The notes below the pieces were generated by a model. That model searched no databases. It saw only the letters and a list, made by a program, of their open reading frames with translations, and was not told the DNA's origin. Both the position numbers and the translations under genes were made by a program. From the NCBI GenBank assembly GCA_964388715.1, contig CAYMBN010000005.1, positions 3,434 to 67,433 on the forward strand: 64,000 nucleotides of DNA, written 5' to 3'. Position 1 is the first letter of the stretch. Every line of letters begins with the position of its first letter. Below are positions 56,435 through 64,000 of this stretch, one piece after another. The stretch comes from an uncultured Methanosarcinales archaeon. GTDB taxonomy: Archaea; Nanobdellota; Nanobdellia; Woesearchaeales; CAYMBN01.

Positions 56435-59400
56435 AAAATTCAAAAAACAGGATAGAGAAATAAGAGATTTACATAATAAGATTATTATTTGTAAAAAATA
56501 CAAACAAGAAATACAAGCAAATACAAACAAAATAAACAAATTATTATTTGAAAATAAAATAAGTGAACAAGAGCATAAAGATTTAATTTACAAATATTTA
56601 CAAGGAAAAACACAACAAGAATGGATCAATATATACAACAACCACATTAAAACATGTCAACAAAAAATACATGAAATAGAATTTAACAAGAGTAAATTCA
56701 AAAGCATAACACTAATAACTTTAATGTCTTTTATTTTAATATTTGGATTAATTTATAATGGTATAAATCCAATAACAGGATTAACAACATTTGAACAACA
56801 AACAATTCAAGCAGAATCATTAAGTAATAATTGGGTCATAGTTGAAAATTCAGAATATAATAATAATCAAGCAATTATGTCTGCTTTTATAGGAGACAAA
56901 TTTGAATATACTTTTAATGGAACATCAATAAGCTTGATTACACAAAACAGATATGATTTTGGTATAATTCAAATAACAATTGATAACACAGTACAAGAGA
57001 TTGATTTGTATAATAACAATACACAATTTAATATAATCCATGAACTAGCAACAGGCCTAGAAAATAAACAACATAATCTCACAATAGAAGTTTTAGAGAA
57101 CAAAAACAATAATTCAGAAAGCCATTTTGTAGTAATAGATGGATTTATAATAACATCACCAGAAGAACCAACACAACAAGAAAATATCACAAATATAACT
57201 ATAAACCAAACAATCTTTATTGAAAACACAACAAATATTACACAACCAACAGAGAACATAACCAACATTATTCAACCAACACAAAACATTACAAATATAA
57301 CAATAAATCAAACAATCCATACTGAAAATATAACTAATATTACTCTTCCACAAGAAAACACAACAACCACCGTAGAAAATACAACAAACATTACAACTCC
57401 ACAGCAAAATCAAACAAACATAACATCACAAGAAAACATTACAATAATAATCAATGAAACAACTGAAAACATTACAACACAAATCAACACAACAATCAAA
57501 GAAGAAATAACACAAGGTTTTGCAGAAATTAACAAACCAGTTAAATGGGTTAAAAAGATTGAGAATACAACAAAAACAGACTTACCAAAACAAGCATTTA
57601 ATATAAGTGTCTTTAAAACAGAAAAAAGAAAAGGATTAGGTATTGCATCAACAAAAAGAACAAAGATAAAGAAAGTAAAAATCAATGATTCAGGTGTTTT
57701 AAAAGAATTATCAGCATACAAATACAAGAAAAAAGGCATTGGAAAGATCACAGGCGCTGCAATAGGTGGTGAAATCAATGTTTTCAAACAATTCTGGTAC
57801 TGGTTATTAAGCTTAAGAAACTCAATAACAGGATACGCTGTTAGTGATGTTAATGAATTAGTTATTGAAGAAAATGAAACCAAGTTTGAAATAGAATACT
57901 TCACAGACGCACCAGTTGCAACTGAAAATGAAATCACTTATTATAAAAAACAAATAACAATCTCAAGTGAATTACATTATGAAAACATTTTAGCTTATAC
58001 AAATATCACAGAAACAAACCAAAATAACATTAAATTATATCATCTTATCAACAACACAAGAGAATTAGTAACAAATATAACTTATATTGATCAAAACAAT
58101 AACAATCTCATTGACAAAATTCAATGGATAGTTCCACACTTAAGCAATGAAAGTTATGAAATAGAAATAACAATCCTCAATGTTCAATCATATCCTACTG
58201 TTGGCGGAAACTGGACAGTAATGTTCAACACAACAGGAAAAGCTAACCTAACAATAAAAGCAATCAGAGATACAACATGGAGTAACAGTAATGAAAACCA
58301 TGATCTAAAATTCTTAGAAATCAAATGTAACAACACAATCCTTAATTACACCTGGACAAACAATTCTGTATTTATAGAAAATTATACTTGTAACCAAACA
58401 AGTTATGAAACAAGCAAAGTAATCACATCAGGAGTTCATGATTTATTATTCCAATTCGGCAATCAATCAGCAGAAGCACATAATTTTGCTTCAATCAATT
58501 TATCCAACTCAGATGCATCATGGTATGGGGAAGCACCTTCAGATGTTCTTGGACATTTTATTATGGGTTCGGGCGATATTAATAATGACAGTTTTAGTGA
58601 TCTTATAATTGGTGCTTATGCAAATGGTTATGGCGGTGGAACTTCCGGTAAAACTTATTTAATATATGGTCCAGTAAATGAAAATAATGTTAATATAAGT
58701 AATGCTAATGCATCATGGCATGGGGAAGCAGCTGGTGACAATTCAGGAATAACTGTTGCAGGAGTAGGTGATGTTAACAATGATGGATTTGGTGACATTG
58801 TAATTGGAGCTTCATCAAATGATGATGGAGGAGATTCTTCAGGTAAAATATATTTAATTTATGGGCCAACTTATGATACAAATATTAATTTAAGTAATGC
58901 TAATGCTTCTTGGTATGGAGAATCTGGAGGTGATTTCTTAGGTTGGTCACTCTCAAAAGCAGGTGATGTTAATAATGATGGGTTTGATGATATTATAGTT
59001 GGTGCTAATGGAAATGATTATGCAAGAAATGGTGCTGGTAAAGCTTACTTAATTTATGGGCAGGATTACACTGGAACATTTAACATAAGTACTGCTAATG
59101 TATCATGGCATGGAGAAGCAGATGACAAATTAGGCGATTTTGTTTCAAATGCAGATGATGTAAACAATGATGGATTTGATGATATTTTAATTGGAGCTCC
59201 TAATAATGATAATGGTGCTACCTGGACAGGAATGATATATTTAGTTTATGGGCCTGCAAATGGTGTAAATAATAATGTAAGTACAGCCAATGCTTCATGG
59301 TATGGGGAAAACACACTTGATAATGCTGGTAGTACAGGAGAAATCGCAGCAGCAGGTGATGTTAATAATGACGGATTTGATGATATTTTAATTGGAGTAA

Positions 59401-62400
59401 AAGTTAATGATGATTATGGAAATAATATTGGTAAAGTATATTTGATTTATGGACAGAATTATAATACAACAAACGTTAATTTAAGCACTGCTAATGCTTC
59501 TTGGTATGGTGAAGCTGCTGTTGATAGGTTAGGAGACGCTGTTACAGGTGCAGGTGATTTTAATAATGATGGATTTGATGATATTTTAATAGCTTCTCTC
59601 CGTAATGGCTTTGGAGGGAACCTAGCAGGCAGAATATACTTAATTTATGGGCCAGCAAGTGGAAAAAATATGAACATAAGTAATGTTACAAATATTTCAT
59701 GGTATGGAGAAAACCAAACAGATGGTGCTGGTAAAGTCCTTTCAAGTGCAGGAGATGTTGATAATGATGGTTATAATGATATTTTAATTGCTTCTGGCAA
59801 TGATATGGGTGGAACTGGTGCTGGAAAAGTATACTTAATCTATGGAAGTAGTCCATTCACAAGTCCAACATTAACAATAAACAAAAATATTACACAAGTT
59901 AATGAAAGTTATAATACAATTCAAATTAATTGGACAGCATCACACAATTCTCCTATAATAACTGCTTTATTTAACATAACTTTCCCTAATGGAAGTTTAC
60001 TTAGCAATTCAACTTTAAGTTCAGGAAATGTAAGTTTAAACCTCACCAATCTTACAGCATTAGGTACATATACAATAAATTTATGGGCAAATAATACCTA
60101 TAATTTAACTAATGTAACAAGTGACACATTCAGTGTTAATGATACAAATCCTCCAAACATCACATTAATTATACCAACAAACAATACTAAAAATTACACA
60201 CATTATAATATAAATTTTTATTATAATGTTACTGATGTTTTATCAAATGTAAACAATTGCTCATTAATTATAAATAATATAATTAATCTAACAAACATTA
60301 CAATTGATCAATCACTAAGTAGTTTACATTTTAATCAAACATTTACAGATGGACAATACAACTGGTCTATTAATTGTACTGATAATGCTAGTAATATTGG
60401 AGAAAGTAATATTTTTAATTTAACAGTTTTAATGGACACAACTTCTCCATCTGTAAATTTAGATAATCCAACAAATAATTTTAACGCAAATCAAATAAAT
60501 ATTTCTCTTAACTGTTCTGCTACTGACAATGAACAATTAAAAAATGTCACCATTTATACAAACATGACAGGATCATGGCAAGCTAATTATACAGGCAGTG
60601 TTAGTGGAATAAGTAATTCAACTAATGTAACACTCACAGGATTAGGTGATGGAACTTACTTATGGAACTGTCTTACATATGATAGTGCAGGTAACAATGC
60701 ATGGAACAATACTAATTACACATTTAATATTGATGCAACCCCACCAAACATCTCATTAATGTCGCCTGCTAATAATTCAAATTGGACAGATAATACACTT
60801 GTTGTTTTTGTTTACAATACAACTTCAACTGATGTTACCAATTGTTCATTAATCATAAACAATAAAACATACAAAACAAACTCAACAATAACACAGAACC
60901 AAATCCTAAATTTTTCTAACATAGTAAACAATGGACCAAACAATTGGAGCATTAACTGTACTGATAATTTTAGTAACACAATCAGTTCAAAAACATGGAT
61001 AATTAATGTTAATTATACAAAGAATCACACTTTGTATAAAGTTTGGGATACTGGCACAATTGATCTTTCACTTGCTTCCTTAGATATATTTGATTATTCA
61101 CAAGATAATAACAAGAATGAAATAATAGTTGGAGGATTTGGAGATTTGTTTGCTTACTATGCAAACGGAACACAAATCTGGAACAGTACTGATCCTGTTG
61201 GATTTATTCGAGACATAGAAGTATTTGATATTGGAAATGGTTTTAATGATACAATAGCTGTTGCAGATTCAACAGCAGGATTCAAAATATATGATAAAGA
61301 TGGAAACAAGTTATGTAATAATTCCTACACTTCTAGTGCAGAACAAACAATAAGTGTCGGAGATTTTGATAGAGACAATCAAAGTAGGGAAATTGTTTTA
61401 CTAAACTGGATATTACCTAACACATTCAAATTAAAAGCATTCAATTCAAGCTGTAACTTATTATGGGAATACTCATTAACATCTATAACAACAGAAACTG
61501 AAACAGGTGACTTTGATGGTGATGGTTACAAAGATGAAGTTGCCTTAATAAGTAATGGTACATTATATATATTCAATAGTACAGGTGGAGTTAGATGGAA
61601 CACAAGTTATTTAGGAGATGCAACAATGTCATTAGAAGTATTTGATATTAATAATGATACAGATGATGAAATAATCATTGGTGTAAGATATGCCAAAACA
61701 ACACACATGATAATGGCATACAATGGTTCTGGTACTGTAATGTGGAACAACACAGATGTTTCTGGTCAAATACACGAAATAAGATTTGATGATTTTGACA
61801 ATGATGGAAGAAAAGATGATATTGCTTCTGCAGACACTGATAATGCCTTAGCTGTTGTCATAGATAGTGAAGGAAATACTCTATGGAGCCATGATTTTAG
61901 TAGTGGTACAACTGTTTATTCTCTTACAACAGGAGATATCAATAATGATAATAGAACAGATATTGTAACAACAGAAGGTACAAATGCCAATATTTATGGA
62001 ATTGAGGATGGAGGAACAATTGCTACTTTCACAGATCCAACTACTAATATTGGATTAATTGACTCTGACGGAAGCATAGTAACAGCTGATTTAGATGGTG
62101 ATGATTATTTGGATATAATTGTTGCAGAAATAAGCGGAATATTATATTTACTAGAAGCAAGACCTGAAAATAATACAGCACCAAATATAACACTAAATAG
62201 TCCAACACACAATAACAACATAAGTAATTCCACAATTAACTTTAATTGGACTGTGATTGATAATTTAGATTTAAATTTACTTTGTAATCTAACAATTGAT
62301 GATATAGTAAATGCTTCAAGTATTAAATCCTTAAATAATACACCAAATAATTATACAGTTGATAACTTTAATGATGGGTCACATAACTGGAGCATGACTT

Positions 62401-64000
62401 GCTGGGATTATGATGGAAATTCTAACACATCACAAACAAATAATTTTACAATAGATTCAACACCACCAACAATAACACTCATCAACCCAAATAACAACAC
62501 AATCAACTACACAAACACAAACATTGATTTCTACTATAATGCAACAGATACACTCTCAGAAATATCTAACTGTTCATTAATCATCAACAATGTAATAAAC
62601 CAAACAAACACATCAATCAATAAATCCTTAAGCAGCTTACATTTTAATTTAACTCTAACCACTAATAATTATACTTGGTCAATTAATTGTACAGATAATA
62701 TAGGTAACCTAAACACAAGTCAAACAAGAAGTTTAAACATAATACACCTTAACATCTCACTAAACATCACTCCAAATTCAACAAATATCAATTCTATTGT
62801 TAATGTTAGTGGAAAACTTAACTTTAGCAATGGTACTAATATTGCTAATACCAACATAAGTATATTCCATGATGGAACACGTTTATGGTATAATGAAACA
62901 TTAAGAACACTAGTAAACTATGAAACACCAAATTCAACAAGAACAGATACTAACGGAAATTATAATTACAATTTTACCACTTCCACAACACTCAGCACAC
63001 ACCAAATAATAGTAAACACAACCTTCCAAAGTTTAACAGCCGAAACCACTAAAAATTATTTTATATCTCCTTTATGTGGTGATGGACTATGTAATGGTCC
63101 AGAACTATGTTCAACTTGTGAAGCAGACTGTGGAGCATGTTCCGGAGGAGATGATGGTGGTGGCGGAGGAGGTGGATTTATCTTACCAGAAGAAGATGAA
63201 TATAATGAAACACAACAAGAAGAAGTTATAAATGAAACCCAGGAAGAACCAGTTATAAATGAAACTCAAGAACAAAATGAAACAACTGAAGAAGAAACAC
63301 CAACTGAAGAAGAACCTAGTGAACAACCACAACCTGAACAAGAAATACCACAACAAGAACCAATTGAAGAACCAATTACTCCAACTCCAGAGGAAGAAGA
63401 ACCTATTGAAGAAGAACCAATCCTTCCTTCACCAGTAAAACCAAAAAATCCAATCTTATATATATCAATTCCAGATGAAATCAAAGCAAATCAAGAATTT
63501 GAAATAAAAATATTCCTAGATGATATTAAAAACTTAAATAACCTTGAATTTGATCTTGAATATGATTCATCCTACTTAAGTTTAATAAATGTAGAAAAAG
63601 GAAGTTTCATAAGAAACTTAGATTTTAGTTATTCTATTAATGAATTAGAACAAGAAACTTTTATGAGTAATATTCAAAAATATGTTACAAATACTGATTC
63701 ATACATTTCTATTCAAAGTACAGGACAACCATCAACAATATTAAGTGGTTCAGGACAAATTGCAACTATTAAATTCCAAACACTTCAACCAGGAGAAACC
63801 ATATTAAATCTTAATAAGTTAATATTCATTAATACAAGCGATGAAAAGATTGATACAGAATCAAGAGATACAAACATTGAAATTATTGGAGAAACCACAA
63901 TTGTAATTAAAAATAATAAATCTATTAATAAATACACAGAAAAAGAACTTTTCTTAATATCTGATAATAACTGGCAAAAGATATTTACATTTATACCAAT
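56427..64000 (+). CDS. Giant (>2500 aa) membrane-anchored surface protein with FG-GAP propellers, Ig-like repeats and a cohesin-like domain; 3' end runs off the window
   Basis: ATG at 56427 overlaps the upstream stop; MNKKFKKQDRE..., TM then NPITG. The same frame reads through the repeats and still reads ...ELFLISDNNWQKIFTFIP at the window end. It is absent from the ORF track because there is no stop codon. Confidence 0.88.
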   Translation, partial: MNKKFKKQDREIRDLHNKIIICKKYKQEIQANTNKINKLLFENKISEQEHKDLIYKYLQGKTQQEWINIYNNHIKTCQQKIHEIEFNKSKFKSITLITLMSFILIFGLIYNGINPITGLTTFEQQTIQAESLSNNWVIVENSEYNNNQAIMSAFIGDKFEYTFNGTSISLITQNRYDFGIIQITIDNTVQEIDLYNNNTQFNIIHELATGLENKQHNLTIEVLENKNNNSESHFVVIDGFIITSPEEPTQQENITNITINQTIFIENTTNITQPTENITNIIQPTQNITNITINQTIHTENITNITLPQENTTTTVENTTNITTPQQNQTNITSQENITIIINETTENITTQINTTIKEEITQGFAEINKPVKWVKKIENTTKTDLPKQAFNISVFKTEKRKGLGIASTKRTKIKKVKINDSGVLKELSAYKYKKKGIGKITGAAIGGEINVFKQFWYWLLSLRNSITGYAVSDVNELVIEENETKFEIEYFTDAPVATENEITYYKKQITISSELHYENILAYTNITETNQNNIKLYHLINNTRELVTNITYIDQNNNNLIDKIQWIVPHLSNESYEIEITILNVQSYPTVGGNWTVMFNTTGKANLTIKAIRDTTWSNSNENHDLKFLEIKCNNTILNYTWTNNSVFIENYTCNQTSYETSKVITSGVHDLLFQFGNQSAEAHNFASINLSNSDASWYGEAPSDVLGHFIMGSGDINNDSFSDLIIGAYANGYGGGTSGKTYLIYGPVNENNVNISNANASWHGEAAGDNSGITVAGVGDVNNDGFGDIVIGASSNDDGGDSSGKIYLIYGPTYDTNINLSNANASWYGESGGDFLGWSLSKAGDVNNDGFDDIIVGANGNDYARNGAGKAYLIYGQDYTGTFNISTANVSWHGEADDKLGDFVSNADDVNNDGFDDILIGAPNNDNGATWTGMIYLVYGPANGVNNNVSTANASWYGENTLDNAGSTGEIAAAGDVNNDGFDDILIGVKVNDDYGNNIGKVYLIYGQNYNTTNVNLSTANASWYGEAAVDRLGDAVTGAGDFNNDGFDDILIASLRNGFGGNLAGRIYLIYGPASGKNMNISNVTNISWYGENQTDGAGKVLSSAGDVDNDGYNDILIASGNDMGGTGAGKVYLIYGSSPFTSPTLTINKNITQVNESYNTIQINWTASHNSPIITALFNITFPNGSLLSNSTLSSGNVSLNLTNLTALGTYTINLWANNTYNLTNVTSDTFSVNDTNPPNITLIIPTNNTKNYTHYNINFYYNVTDVLSNVNNCSLIINNIINLTNITIDQSLSSLHFNQTFTDGQYNWSINCTDNASNIGESNIFNLTVLMDTTSPSVNLDNPTNNFNANQINISLNCSATDNEQLKNVTIYTNMTGSWQANYTGSVSGISNSTNVTLTGLGDGTYLWNCLTYDSAGNNAWNNTNYTFNIDATPPNISLMSPANNSNWTDNTLVVFVYNTTSTDVTNCSLIINNKTYKTNSTITQNQILNFSNIVNNGPNNWSINCTDNFSNTISSKTWIINVNYTKNHTLYKVWDTGTIDLSLASLDIFDYSQDNNKNEIIVGGFGDLFAYYANGTQIWNSTDPVGFIRDIEVFDIGNGFNDTIAVADSTAGFKIYDKDGNKLCNNSYTSSAEQTISVGDFDRDNQSREIVLLNWILPNTFKLKAFNSSCNLLWEYSLTSITTETETGDFDGDGYKDEVALISNGTLYIFNSTGGVRWNTSYLGDATMSLEVFDINNDTDDEIIIGVRYAKTTHMIMAYNGSGTVMWNNTDVSGQIHEIRFDDFDNDGRKDDIASADTDNALAVVIDSEGNTLWSHDFSSGTTVYSLTTGDINNDNRTDIVTTEGTNANIYGIEDGGTIATFTDPTTNIGLIDSDGSIVTADLDGDDYLDIIVAEISGILYLLEARPENNTAPNITLNSPTHNNNISNSTINFNWTVIDNLDLNLLCNLTIDDIVNASSIKSLNNTPNNYTVDNFNDGSHNWSMTCWDYDGNSNTSQTNNFTIDSTPPTITLINPNNNTINYTNTNIDFYYNATDTLSEISNCSLIINNVINQTNTSINKSLSSLHFNLTLTTNNYTWSINCTDNIGNLNTSQTRSLNIIHLNISLNITPNSTNINSIVNVSGKLNFSNGTNIANTNISIFHDGTRLWYNETLRTLVNYETPNSTRTDTNGNYNYNFTTSTTLSTHQIIVNTTFQSLTAETTKNYFISPLCGDGLCNGPELCSTCEADCGACSGGDDGGGGGGGFILPEEDEYNETQQEEVINETQEEPVINETQEQNETTEEETPTEEEPSEQPQPEQEIPQQEPIEEPITPTPEEEEPIEEEPILPSPVKPKNPILYISIPDEIKANQEFEIKIFLDDIKNLNNLEFDLEYDSSYLSLINVEKGSFIRNLDFSYSINELEQETFMSNIQKYVTNTDSYISIQSTGQPSTILSGSGQIATIKFQTLQPGETILNLNKLIFINTSDEKIDTESRDTNIEIIGETTIVIKNNKSINKYTEKELFLISDNNWQKIFTFIP
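58500..59850 (+). repeat. Seven FG-GAP (integrin-alpha-like) repeats of about 65 aa
   Basis: Seven copies of NASW(Y/H)GE...G...AGDVNNDGFDDILIG...GK.YL(I/V)YG. Confidence 0.9.

Noticed and set aside
58500..59850. Roughly 195-bp periodic repeats as a CRISPR array or DGR template/variable repeats
   Set aside because: They are in-frame FG-GAP coding repeats with general divergence, not adenine-specific changes, and no reverse transcriptase is present.
56969..63484. Short minus-strand ORFs in the last 7 kb, and similar antisense ORFs across the window
   Set aside because: They are shadows of long, well-supported genes on the opposite strand and have no motifs of their own.
1..64000. tRNA genes, transposases, integrases, alternative genetic code
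   Set aside because: No cloverleaf was seen in the intergenic gaps, no recombinase motifs were seen, and conserved genes translate full-length with the standard code.

Overview
Very AT-rich archaeal DNA. The archaeal-type ribosomal proteins, DPANN-style signal peptides, truncated NFACT gene and giant surface proteins point to a DPANN archaeon, probably Woesearchaeota-like (inference). Layout: (1) 1-18.4 kb is a surface-glycan locus with two flippases, GT-C, GT4, DegT, Ugd and a nucleotidyltransferase. It encloses a cysD/cysN sulfate-activation operon, two NPP-type alkaline-phosphatase-superfamily enzymes, a divergent RtcB, a TMK-like kinase and a lone 5S rRNA. (2) 19.8-37.1 kb is the L3-to-SecY ribosomal superoperon, interrupted by a secreted CARDB/PPC protein. 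(3) 37-42.5 kb holds pheT, pheS, trmB and pelota. (4) 42.6-49.7 kb is an unannotated envelope cluster: a pilin-signal protein, an 896-aa membrane protein and three paralogous lipoproteins. (5) 49.7-55.8 kb holds rfcS, a PRC-barrel protein, solo Cas4, tyrS and tldD/tldE. (6) 55.9-64 kb holds a tandem-HTH gene and a >2500-aa FG-GAP/Ig/cohesin surface protein that is missing from the ORF track. Best candidates for new biology: a C-terminal L[KR]xLGY tail shared by four proteins of the sulfate operon, an RtcB paralog with altered motifs inside the glycan locus, a double-hairpin element with exchanged stems in front of two TATA boxes, and the lipoprotein/membrane cluster. All calls come from reading motifs by eye; no searches were run.
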